NCBI GenBank assembly: GCA_017484205.1
Contig: JAFUTO010000015.1
Span: 1,836-65,835, forward strand
Direction of reading: 5' to 3'
Length of the DNA: 64,000 nucleotides
Source: Bacilli bacterium
GTDB taxonomy: Bacteria; Bacillota_I; Bacilli_A; RF39; UBA660
Shown here: positions 10,015-19,070 of the stretch, one piece after another
Numbering within the stretch: position 1 is the first letter of the stretch
Layout: the number at the start of each line of letters is the position of its first letter
Translations under genes and position numbers: made by a program
The notes under the pieces: model-generated
What the model saw: only the letters and a program-made list of their open reading frames with translations
Told to the model about the DNA's origin: nothing
Database searches by the model: none

Positions 10015-11781
10015 ATGACTGTTATAAAGCAAATGGATGAAATACTTGCTAATAAAATAGCAGCAGGCGAAGTAGTTGAAAGATGTGCTTCAGTAGTAAA
10101 AGAATTAGTTGAAAATGCTATAGATGCTAAGGCAACTGAAATTATCGTTGAAGTTAGTAATGCAGGTACTAGTGAAATCAAAGTAACTGATAATGGTATA
10201 GGTATGGTAAAAGATGACGCTTTGATGGCATTTAATAGGCATGCCACATCTAAATTAATAGATGAGGAAGATCTGTATCATATTAATACATTAGGTTTTA
10301 GAGGTGAAGCTTTAGCCTCTATTGCGTCTGTAGCTAAAGTTAATTTAAAAACTAGTCAGGGTGATGTAGGTACAATCGTTCAAATTGAAGGTGGCAAAGT
10401 AATTGATGTTTCAAATGGAGATGCAAGACGCGGTACTATTATTACAGTAAAAGATTTATTTTATAATACACCAGCTAGACTTAAATATATGAAAAGTATG
10501 TATACAGAACTTGCAAGTATAACTGAATATTTAGATAAGATAGCTTTATCATATCCTGGTATTAGAATAACTTTAATAAATGATGGCAATACTATTTTAA
10601 AAACAGACGGTTCAGGTGACTTACTTAAAACAATTAAAGAAATCTATGGTATAGAAGTTGCTAAAAAAATGATTCATATTAATGGTAGTAATGACGACTA
10701 TGAAATAGATGGTTATATAAGTATGCCAGAAATTCATAGAAGTAATAAAAATAATATGAGTACATTAGTAAATGGTAGGGTTATAAGGAATGCTTCCATA
10801 AATAGAATTATAAATGATAGTTATAGTAATTATAAACCTGATACTAGGTTTCCGATAACTGTGATCAATATTAATGTGGATCCATCATTAGTAGATGTAA
10901 ATATTCATCCAACTAAAATGGATGTTAAATTTTCAAAAATGGAAGAATTAGAAGAATTATTATCAAAAATAATTATAGACTCAATTAAAAATAAAACATT
11001 AATACCTGAAAGAGAAGTTGTTAAGGTAAAAACTCAACCTATATATCCATCACTATATACTAAAAAAGAACAACAAAGCCTAGATTTAGAAAGAGAAGAA
11101 TCTATTGTTAGTGAGGATACTGAATATGTTATAAATGATGATTTAGTAGTAGATGAAGAAATTACTGAGATAGAAGATAAACTAGAAGAAGAAAAAATAC
11201 CTGAGTTATATCCTATAGGATTAGTATGGGGCACATTTATAATATGTCAAAATGAGTTAGGAATGTATTTGATAGACGAACATGCAGCTAAAGAAAGAGT
11301 TAATTATGAAATATTTAAAGAAAAAATAAATCATCCAGATCATAAGATGACATCTTTATTAATACCAATAACAATTGAATATACAAATAATGAATTTATA
11401 ATATTGAAAGAACATTTTGATATTATAAGAAATTTAGGATATGAAATAGAAGAATTTGGTGGTAATACAGTTATAATTAAAGCTACCCCAGCGTGGATTA
11501 AAACAGGTGATGAAGAAACTATAATTAGAAGTATTATTGATATTTTGATTGAAGAAGAAAAACACTTTGATATTGAAAAGTTCAATGAACATGTATGTGC
11601 CACTACAGCATGTAAAGCTTCTATAAGAGCAAATACTAATATAACAATAGAAGAGATGGAACACTTAATTAGTGATTTAAGAAAATGCAAAAATCCATTT
11701 CATTGTCCTCATGGTAGGCCAACAATAATATGTTATACTAAAGAGGATTTAGAAAGACAATTTAAAAGAAGTGGTTTTTAA
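10015..11781 (+). CDS. mutL: DNA mismatch repair protein MutL
   Basis: GHKL ATPase N-terminus (IAAGEVVERCASVVKELVENAIDA, DNGIGM, GFRGEAL). C-terminal dimerisation/endonuclease domain. 588 aa. Confidence 0.9.
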   Translation: MTVIKQMDEILANKIAAGEVVERCASVVKELVENAIDAKATEIIVEVSNAGTSEIKVTDNGIGMVKDDALMAFNRHATSKLIDEEDLYHINTLGFRGEALASIASVAKVNLKTSQGDVGTIVQIEGGKVIDVSNGDARRGTIITVKDLFYNTPARLKYMKSMYTELASITEYLDKIALSYPGIRITLINDGNTILKTDGSGDLLKTIKEIYGIEVAKKMIHINGSNDDYEIDGYISMPEIHRSNKNNMSTLVNGRVIRNASINRIINDSYSNYKPDTRFPITVININVDPSLVDVNIHPTKMDVKFSKMEELEELLSKIIIDSIKNKTLIPEREVVKVKTQPIYPSLYTKKEQQSLDLEREESIVSEDTEYVINDDLVVDEEITEIEDKLEEEKIPELYPIGLVWGTFIICQNELGMYLIDEHAAKERVNYEIFKEKINHPDHKMTSLLIPITIEYTNNEFIILKEHFDIIRNLGYEIEEFGGNTVIIKATPAWIKTGDEETIIRSIIDILIEEEKHFDIEKFNEHVCATTACKASIRANTNITIEEMEHLISDLRKCKNPFHCPHGRPTIICYTKEDLERQFKRSGF

Positions 11782-11889
11782 ATAATTTACAATATAAATA
11801 AAATATGATATATTTATATTAGTAAAGAATATATTGAAGGAAGTAGTATAGATATAGATGTCTACTTCTTTTTTGTTATGAGTATATAA

Positions 11890-12120
11890 CTAAATTATCA
11901 AAACATAAAACATGTAGATGAAAATGGTAATGAATTTTGGTATGCAAGAGAGTTGATGTCAATACTTGAGTATAGTAAATGGCAAAATTTTAATAATGTA
12001 ATTCAAAAAGTGGTGATAGCTGCTAATACAAGTAATCATAATCAAAATCTTTGGGCTGTTGAAGTCACTACCTCAATAAATCGTGGTAAAGGTAAAATTG
12101 AGAAAAGACTGTTTAGCTAG
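11890..12120 (+). pseudogene. remnant of a DinD/Bro-N family (DNA-damage-inducible protein D-like) gene
   Basis: Frame opens after a TAA with no start codon. The 76-aa translation ...ENGNEFWYARELMSILEYSKWQNFNNVIQKV... matches the conserved DinD/Bro-N core (EFWSARELAPLLGYRDWRNFQKV). It terminates well short of full length. Confidence 0.55.
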
Positions 12121-12240
12121 TAATTATAATCAATATGAACATTTTGTTGGCGCCTACAAGTTGTCATAATTAATTTATAATACCTTCATAATTCGACAAA
12201 TTATGACATGTATATATAGTACACTATAGTTGGTGATTAT

Positions 12241-12678
12241 ATGAAAAAGTATTTTATTTTAACAGTTTTATCATTGGTGTTAGGCTTTCTAATGGCAAGA
12301 TTAATATTTATAGAGTACAAGAGTGATAAGGTAATAGCTTTAGCTGATTATGGTGATAAGTACTATTTTCTGCAATTGGGAGTATATAGTAGTTATGATA
12401 ATATGTTAGATAATACTACTAAATTAGGTAATTATATTTATATGAAGGAAGACGAAAATTATTATGTGTTTACTTGTATTACTAAAGATGTGAATAATAC
12501 AAATAAAATTGAAAGTTATTTTCAAAGTTTAGGATATGAAACTTATATAAAAGAATTTACATTAACAGACGATGAATTAAGTAGTAGTATTGATGCAGTG
12601 GATACTGTAATGAGTAATACTAATGAAGGAATGAAAGAATTATGCAAGCAAAGTTTATCAAAATATAAGGAGGGATAA
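12241..12678 (+). CDS. hypothetical protein with N-terminal TM anchor
   Basis: GGTGAT RBS. Signal/anchor MKKYFILTVLSLVLGFLMARLIF. No identifiable domain. Confidence 0.5.
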   Translation: MKKYFILTVLSLVLGFLMARLIFIEYKSDKVIALADYGDKYYFLQLGVYSSYDNMLDNTTKLGNYIYMKEDENYYVFTCITKDVNNTNKIESYFQSLGYETYIKEFTLTDDELSSSIDAVDTVMSNTNEGMKELCKQSLSKYKEG

Positions 12679-12679
12679 T

Positions 12680-13357
12680 ATAAAAATAAAAGATATTAAG
12701 GTAAGTGAGAGACCTAGGGAAAGGCTTATAAGTAATGGTGTTAATAGTTTAAGTAATGAAGAACTACTCGCATGTATATTAAAAGATGGTACAAAAGGCA
12801 TTAATGTTAAAGAAATATCTAATTTAATTTTAAATAGTATTGATAGTATTCAAGAATTAAGATATATAACATATGAAGATTTAACTAAGATAAATGGTAT
12901 AGGGTCATCTAAAGCATGTACTTTACTTGCTGCAATAGAATTAGGAAATCGTGTTAATGCCAAAGTATTAACTTTAAACAGCGTTAGATTTACAGATACA
13001 GATGTCGTATATGAATATTTTAAAAATAAAATAGGATATAGTAAACAGGAAATATTTTGTTGTGTTTATTTGGATGCTAAAAATATGATTATTAAAGAGA
13101 AGGAATTATTTAGAGGTACTTTAAATTATAGTATGGTTCATCCAAGGGAAGTATTTAAAGAAGCGTATATATTAGGAGCAGTATCTATTATTTGTATACA
13201 TAATCATCCAAGTGGTAAAGTTGAACCTAGTAAAGATGATATAAATTTAACAAAAAGACTAATATCAGTAGGAGATTTGATGGGTATAAAGGTAATAGAT
13301 CATTTGATAATAGGTAGTAACTCGTATTATAGTTTTTTAAAAAATGGTGATATTTAG
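12680..13357 (+). CDS. radC: RadC-like JAB/MPN domain protein (UPF0758)
   Basis: Full-length RadC homology starts at 12680 (IKIKDIKVSERPRERL... HHH-like region ... HNHPSG JAMM motif). There is no ATG/GTG/TTG at the conserved N-terminus, only ATA codons after a GGAGGG RBS. The first ATG is 130 codons in. Confidence 0.65.
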   Translation: MKIKDIKVSERPRERLISNGVNSLSNEELLACILKDGTKGINVKEISNLILNSIDSIQELRYITYEDLTKINGIGSSKACTLLAAIELGNRVNAKVLTLNSVRFTDTDVVYEYFKNKIGYSKQEIFCCVYLDAKNMIIKEKELFRGTLNYSMVHPREVFKEAYILGAVSIICIHNHPSGKVEPSKDDINLTKRLISVGDLMGIKVIDHLIIGSNSYYSFLKNGDI

Positions 13358-13368
13358 GGGATGATTTC

Positions 13369-14067
13369 ATGAGAAAAAAAGTATTATTTATTGTGTTTGT
13401 TCTTTTTATTCTTTTTAACTTTGCATTTAGCTATAGAATGTTTTTAGTTAAGGCGAGTAGTGATCTTTTGGTATTTCTTCAGGATATTTTTATAATTGAT
13501 GATAAAGATTATAGTGATTATGAATTAATTAAAGATGAAAATGTTGAGTTAAAAAATGAAATTGAGGAATTAAAAAATACACTTGATTTAAATAATACAT
13601 TAGTAGATAAAAAAATAGTAAATGCGACTATTATGAGCAGAAATGTAACATATTTTTATGATACATTTGTAGTAGATAAAGGTTCAATTGCATCTGTAGA
13701 AGAAAATATGGGTGCTTTATCTAATGGATATTTAGTAGGTTTAGTTACAGAAGTAAACTTTTATAGTTCTAAAATTAAATTACTTACTGATAACAAAACT
13801 AAGTTGTCAGTTAAAGTCAATGATTCATATGGTTTACTTACGGGATATAGTGACAGTCATTATATTGTAGAATATGTATCAGGTGAAATAAAAGTGGGTG
13901 ATATGGTAATGACTTCAGGTTTAAGCGATAATATTCCTTCTGGTATTGTTATAGGTGAAGTAGAGGACATTGAAAAAGATAATTATGCCTTAACTAATAA
14001 ATTGTATGTTAAACCTCTAACTAATTTAGATAATATTAGATATGTAACATTAGTAGGTAAAAAATGA
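13369..14067 (+). CDS. mreC: rod shape-determining protein MreC
   Basis: N-terminal TM, coiled-coil segment, C-terminal beta domain with the VMTSGLSDNIPSGIVIGEV motif. Position directly before mreD. Confidence 0.7.
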   Translation: MRKKVLFIVFVLFILFNFAFSYRMFLVKASSDLLVFLQDIFIIDDKDYSDYELIKDENVELKNEIEELKNTLDLNNTLVDKKIVNATIMSRNVTYFYDTFVVDKGSIASVEENMGALSNGYLVGLVTEVNFYSSKIKLLTDNKTKLSVKVNDSYGLLTGYSDSHYIVEYVSGEIKVGDMVMTSGLSDNIPSGIVIGEVEDIEKDNYALTNKLYVKPLTNLDNIRYVTLVGKK

Positions 14068-14516
14068 TATATATAATAATAAGTATTATGTTAGATGGAT
14101 TATTATCGAAAATAATACCAGTAAATATACTTTCACCAACATTAACAGTAATAACACTTTTACTTATGTATCCTAAATGTAAAAATAATTTTTTTAAATA
14201 TATATTTATAACAGGAATTATATATGACTTATTGTATAGTGATATTTTATTCTTAAATTTACTTATATTTATATTGTTATATTATATAATTGAATATTTA
14301 TATATAGATATATTAGATAATACTTTATCTTTAATATATAGGGTTTCGATAATAACATTATTGTACAGGTTATTATCTTATATATTGGCAATCTTTTTAG
14401 GTAGCAGTTTCAATTTGCTTGACTTATATATGAGTATTATAAATAGTGCATTTATTAATATTATATATGGATATATTTGGTATAATCTAATAAAGAAGAA
14501 TTATCTAAAAGTATAA
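14064..14516 (+). CDS. mreD: rod shape-determining protein MreD
   Basis: 150-aa polytopic membrane protein. ATGA overlaps the mreC stop. Conserved mreC-mreD order. Confidence 0.55.
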   Translation: MIYIIISIMLDGLLSKIIPVNILSPTLTVITLLLMYPKCKNNFFKYIFITGIIYDLLYSDILFLNLLIFILLYYIIEYLYIDILDNTLSLIYRVSIITLLYRLLSYILAIFLGSSFNLLDLYMSIINSAFINIIYGYIWYNLIKKNYLKV

Positions 14517-14552
14517 TTCTTCTTTTCTTTCATATACTTAATTGGTGATGAT

Positions 14553-15083
14553 ATGAAATTAAAAAGTTTTATTAGTAAAATATTAATATCGTTGATTATA
14601 GTATTAGTCATTTTAATTGGTAGTAAGAAAAGTACAAGTTTTAAGCAATTTATATATAAAAACGTATATGATAATACCATATCATTCGCATATTTAAATA
14701 CACTTTATAATAAATATCTAGGCAGTATTTTACCTTTTAAATTAGATATTGGAGTAACTCCTGTTTTTAGTGAAACATTAAAATATAAGAATAAAGCTAC
14801 ATATTTAGATGGTGTGATGTTAGAAGTAGATTCTAATTATCTAGTACCAGCTATAAATAGTGGATTAGTAATATTTGTAGGAGAAAAGGAAGGATATGGA
14901 AATACTATTGTTGTACTTGGTGAAGATGGCGTTGAAGTATGGTATAGCAATATTAATAATACTGTTACATTATATGATTATATTACATCAGGTACTTATA
15001 TAGGAGATACCATAGGAGATAAATTGTATTTAACTTTTAAACAGGATGGGAATATATTAAATTATGAAGAATATATTAGCTAA
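14553..15083 (+). CDS. degenerate M23/LytM-domain membrane protein (SpoIVFA-like)
   Basis: N-terminal TM. The C-terminal LytM-like fold (GVMLEV..GLVIFVG.KEGYGNTIVV) lacks the HxH zinc ligands. It overlaps the downstream site-2 protease, as in spoIVFA-spoIVFB. Confidence 0.5.
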   Translation: MKLKSFISKILISLIIVLVILIGSKKSTSFKQFIYKNVYDNTISFAYLNTLYNKYLGSILPFKLDIGVTPVFSETLKYKNKATYLDGVMLEVDSNYLVPAINSGLVIFVGEKEGYGNTIVVLGEDGVEVWYSNINNTVTLYDYITSGTYIGDTIGDKLYLTFKQDGNILNYEEYIS

Positions 15084-15774
15084 AATATATATACATCCAT
15101 TTACATATATAGTTTTATTTTTAGCTTTAATAACAGGTTTATTTAAAGAATTATGTGTTTTTCTATTTATTATAATTGTTCATGAATTAGGGCATATCAT
15201 AGGTGGAATTATATATAAATGGAAGATAGAAAAAGTTGTAATCATGCCTTTTGGAGGTATAACAATATTTCATGAATTAATCAATAGACCAATGAAAGAA
15301 GAGTTTATGATACTTATAATGGGTCCACTATTTCAATTTATAAACTATTTAATATTTAAAGATATGACACCATATTTTAATTATTATAATTATGGATTAT
15401 TTATATTTAATTTTTTACCTATATATCCTTTAGATGGTTATAAACTATGGAGTATTTTTTTAAATAAATTTATTCCTTTCAAAAAGACAATGAGAATAAT
15501 GCTTATTATATCAATGTTATCTTTAACAATATTCATAAAAAAAGATGTTATATATTTAGTGATACTATTATTACTATTTAATGGTATTATTAGTGAATTT
15601 AAAAATATAGATAATATTTATAATCGTTTTTTATTAGAAAGACATCTTTTTAGTTTCCATTTTAGGAAAAGAAAAAGAATAAATAATGTAAATAATATGT
15701 ATAAAGATTGCCTTCATATTATAGGAAATAAAACAGAGAAAGAAGTTTTAAATGATAAATTTAAAAAACATTGA
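15064..15774 (+). CDS. site-2 metalloprotease, M50 family (SpoIVFB-like)
   Basis: HELGH zinc motif in a TM helix. Second motif region FNFLPIYPLDG. Polytopic. Confidence 0.65.
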   Translation: MKNILAKIYIHPFTYIVLFLALITGLFKELCVFLFIIIVHELGHIIGGIIYKWKIEKVVIMPFGGITIFHELINRPMKEEFMILIMGPLFQFINYLIFKDMTPYFNYYNYGLFIFNFLPIYPLDGYKLWSIFLNKFIPFKKTMRIMLIISMLSLTIFIKKDVIYLVILLLLFNGIISEFKNIDNIYNRFLLERHLFSFHFRKRKRINNVNNMYKDCLHIIGNKTEKEVLNDKFKKH

Positions 15775-15817
15775 AAATTCTAAATAATAAGTATATACTT
15801 ATGTTTAGGAGGGTTTT

Positions 15818-16363
15818 ATGAAAGTAATAGAAACAAAATTAAGAGATTGTTATATAATTGAACCAGATGTATTTGGTGATAATAGGGGTTATTTTATGGA
15901 AACACATAATCTTCAAAGGCTTAAAGATGTAGGTATAAATGTTAATTTTGTTCAAGCGAATGAATCATTTACTGAAAGAAAAAATACTATTAGAGGTTTA
16001 CACTTTCAAGCTATGCCTCATACACAAGCTAAATTAGTAAGATGTCCTGAAGGTGCGATATATGATGTTGCAGTAGATTTAAGAAAATCTTCACCAACAT
16101 ATAAAGAATGGATTAAAGTTGAGTTATCAAAAGATAATAAAAGACAGTTATATTTACCAAGAGGATTTGCACATGGATTTTTAACTTTAACTGATAATGT
16201 TAGATTTTGTTATGAAGTAGACAACTATTATAATAAAGAATCTGATGGTGGTATACTATGGAGTGATCCTGAAATAGGTGTTGATTGGGGCGTGGAAGAT
16301 CCTATTTTATCTCATAAAGATAAATTACAACCTGTTTTATCAAAAAGTAAAGCTAACTTTTAA
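15818..16363 (+). CDS. rfbC: dTDP-4-dehydrorhamnose 3,5-epimerase
   Basis: 181-aa cupin with the RmlC signature (DNRGYFMETH, RGLHFQ, LYLPRGFAHGF). AGGAGGG RBS. Confidence 0.85.
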   Translation: MKVIETKLRDCYIIEPDVFGDNRGYFMETHNLQRLKDVGINVNFVQANESFTERKNTIRGLHFQAMPHTQAKLVRCPEGAIYDVAVDLRKSSPTYKEWIKVELSKDNKRQLYLPRGFAHGFLTLTDNVRFCYEVDNYYNKESDGGILWSDPEIGVDWGVEDPILSHKDKLQPVLSKSKANF

Positions 16364-16388
16364 GAAATGATTATTCATTTCTTTTTTT
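16363..16388 (+). terminator. rho-independent terminator
   Basis: Stem agaaatga/tcatttct followed by a T7 run. Confidence 0.55.
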
Positions 16389-16431
16389 ATATAATTTTAA
16401 AAAAATATAGTATAATAATAATGGTGATTAT

Positions 16432-17628
16432 ATGGAAGAAAAATATATAGATTTATTACTTCAAAGATGTCTTAATTTTGATAATAGTAAGATATTATTT
16501 ATTAATTATGATGTAGTGAATAAAGGTTTTGTAGACAAAGTCATTAAAAGAGCTAAAGAACTTGGAGTTGAGGAAATAGTCCTTGATGAAAGTGACATTA
16601 ATGTAACGCGTGATAAATTATTAAATGAGAGTGACGAAAAAATTAAAAATGATCCATATTTTGATAAAAGTAACTGGGATGTTTATGCAAAGAAACATGC
16701 ATCTTTCATGATGTTAGATACAGAATTTCCAAACGCGTTAGATGATATAGATTCTGATAAAATAGCTTTGGCCTCTAAAATTAGAAGAGAATCAAGACCT
16801 GTATTTAGAAGAATGGAAACAACTTATGAAATTCCCTGGGTAATAGCTGCTTTACCAAATGAAAAATGGGCAGAGGATATATATGGGAAAGATTCGTATG
16901 AAAAGTTAGAATCTGCTATATATAAAATGTGTATGGTAGATACAAATAATCCTATTGAATCATGGAATAATTATGTTAAAGAATTAAAGAAAAAGTCTGA
17001 TTATTTAAATGGTTTGAATATTCAAAAAATACATTATACAAACGATTTAGGAACTGATTTAACATTAACTATGCCAAAAGATAATATATGGACTAGTGTA
17101 GCTGATGATATAGATCACAATATGTTAGTTAATATGCCTAGTTATGAGGTATTTACATCTCCTGATTATAGATATAGTGAAGGAATTGTATATAGTTCTA
17201 AACCATTAATGTATGGTGGTGGCATTGTAGATGAATTCTATCTTAAATTTAAAGATGGTAAAGTAATAGATTATGATGCAAAAAGAGGAAAAGATATATT
17301 GAAAGGTATTATTGAAAGTGATAGTAATTCTTGCTATTTAGGTGAATGTGCCTTAGTTGATTATGATTCTCCTATATCAAATACCGGTAAAGTATTTAAA
17401 ACAACATTAATAGATGAAAATGCTGCTTGTCATCTTGCTTTAGGAGATGGATTTAGTACAACAATACCTAATGGAGAAAAGATGAAAAAAGAAGAGTTGT
17501 TAGAAAAAGGTATTAATCAGTCTTTCAACCATGTTGATTTTATGATAGGGACTAAGGATTTGAAAATAGAAGCAGAAACTAATAATGGGAATGTTATTAT
17601 ATTTGAAAATGGAAATTTTGTTATGTGA
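16432..17628 (+). CDS. aminopeptidase, M29 family (PepS/AmpS-like)
   Basis: 398 aa. Conserved M29 region around ENAACHLALG plus metal-binding E/H/D residues. Confidence 0.7.
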   Translation: MEEKYIDLLLQRCLNFDNSKILFINYDVVNKGFVDKVIKRAKELGVEEIVLDESDINVTRDKLLNESDEKIKNDPYFDKSNWDVYAKKHASFMMLDTEFPNALDDIDSDKIALASKIRRESRPVFRRMETTYEIPWVIAALPNEKWAEDIYGKDSYEKLESAIYKMCMVDTNNPIESWNNYVKELKKKSDYLNGLNIQKIHYTNDLGTDLTLTMPKDNIWTSVADDIDHNMLVNMPSYEVFTSPDYRYSEGIVYSSKPLMYGGGIVDEFYLKFKDGKVIDYDAKRGKDILKGIIESDSNSCYLGECALVDYDSPISNTGKVFKTTLIDENAACHLALGDGFSTTIPNGEKMKKEELLEKGINQSFNHVDFMIGTKDLKIEAETNNGNVIIFENGNFVM

Positions 17629-17649
17629 AACGACTTTAGTCGTTTTTTT
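17629..17649 (+). terminator. rho-independent terminator
   Basis: Stem aacgact/agtcgtt followed by a T7 run. Confidence 0.55.
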
Positions 17650-17696
17650 CTTTATAATATGAAAATATTATGTTATAATTTTTATGGTGAAGTATC

Positions 17697-18395
17697 GTGA
17701 AAAAATACAGAAATGAATGGAAGTATGAATGTAATGATATGCAACTTGCTTTACTAAATAGTAAACTCAAGGTTGTTTTAGAAAATGATATACATTCTAA
17801 TAGTAAAGACATGTATGTTGTTCATAGTTTATACTTTGATGACTATAAGGATATATGTGCGAAAACTACAGAATCCGGTGATTCGCATAGATTTAAATGG
17901 AGAATCAGATATTATAATGATGATATAGAAACACTTAGATTAGAGTATAAAGAAAAACAAAGTGGTAGGGGGGCTAAGAAAATATGTCCTTTAACTAAAG
18001 ATGAATATGATGATATAATAAGTGGTAATGTAGAGACACTAATATGGAAGACAAAAAATAATTTACTTAAGAGATTTTGTTCAGACATAATGACGAGATA
18101 CTTTACACCAAAAGTAATCATTGATTATGAAAGAATTGCTTATGTTGAAACGATTACTAATATAAGAGTGACGTTTGATAAAAATATAAGTTCTTCTTAT
18201 GAAATAGATAAATTTTTAACTAGAGATTATACAAACTATCCTTTACAAGAAAGTGGTATGCATATTGTGGAAGTTAAGTTTGATGATATTCTCCCTGGTT
18301 ATTTAAAAAATATTTTAAATGTTGAATGTGGAAATAGAATATCATTTTCTAAGTATTATAATGGTAGAAAGAAAATAGAAGAGGTAGTAAGATGA
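17697..18395 (+). CDS. VTC-domain (CYTH-like polyphosphate polymerase domain) protein
   Basis: GTG start with a GGTGA RBS. N-terminal R.EWKY motif typical of VTC/CYTH triphosphate tunnel proteins. 232 aa. Confidence 0.6.
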   Translation: MKKYRNEWKYECNDMQLALLNSKLKVVLENDIHSNSKDMYVVHSLYFDDYKDICAKTTESGDSHRFKWRIRYYNDDIETLRLEYKEKQSGRGAKKICPLTKDEYDDIISGNVETLIWKTKNNLLKRFCSDIMTRYFTPKVIIDYERIAYVETITNIRVTFDKNISSSYEIDKFLTRDYTNYPLQESGMHIVEVKFDDILPGYLKNILNVECGNRISFSKYYNGRKKIEEVVR

Positions 18396-19060
18396 AAGTA
18401 GTAGAAATATTTCAAAGTATAGGAGATAATTATCAAAATGTATCAGTTGATACAACAACAATATTATCAGTGTTGTTAGTAGTTTTATTGTTATCAATTT
18501 ATGAGTTTATAGTGTATAGATATGTGTCACATAGATCGTTTTATAATAGATCATTTAATATAACTATAACAATATTGCCGTTTTTTATATCGACAATAAT
18601 ATTATGTTTGCAATCTAATATTGTAATCACACTAGGAACAATTGGTGCTTTAGCGATTATTAGATTTAGAACTGCAGTTAAAGATCCTGTTGATATGCTA
18701 TATATACTATGGTCAATTTATATCGGAATAATATGTGGATGTCAATTGTATGAAGTTGCAGTATTAACATCTTTAATTGTCACAGTATTATTAATAATTT
18801 TACAAAATATATCATTTGGAAAAGCACCTTTTATTTTGATAATACACACAAAAGATAGTGGAGAAGATAAAATTGAAAGTATTATTCAAAAGAATAGCAA
18901 AGATTATCGTATTAAAAGTAGAAGTTATACATCTAATGGTGTAGACTTTGCTATTGAATTATCAACTAAAGATATTAAAAAACTAAAGAATGAATTAAAA
19001 CAATCTAAAGATGTTGAGAAGTTTTCTATCATTAAATATGATGCAGAAGATATTATATAA
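18392..19060 (+). CDS. DUF4956-like membrane protein (partner of VTC-domain proteins)
   Basis: 4-TM protein. ATGA overlap with the upstream VTC gene. The characteristic gene pairing is the evidence. Confidence 0.5.
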   Translation: MKVVEIFQSIGDNYQNVSVDTTTILSVLLVVLLLSIYEFIVYRYVSHRSFYNRSFNITITILPFFISTIILCLQSNIVITLGTIGALAIIRFRTAVKDPVDMLYILWSIYIGIICGCQLYEVAVLTSLIVTVLLIILQNISFGKAPFILIIHTKDSGEDKIESIIQKNSKDYRIKSRSYTSNGVDFAIELSTKDIKKLKNELKQSKDVEKFSIIKYDAEDII

Positions 19061-19070
19061 GGTGTTATAA

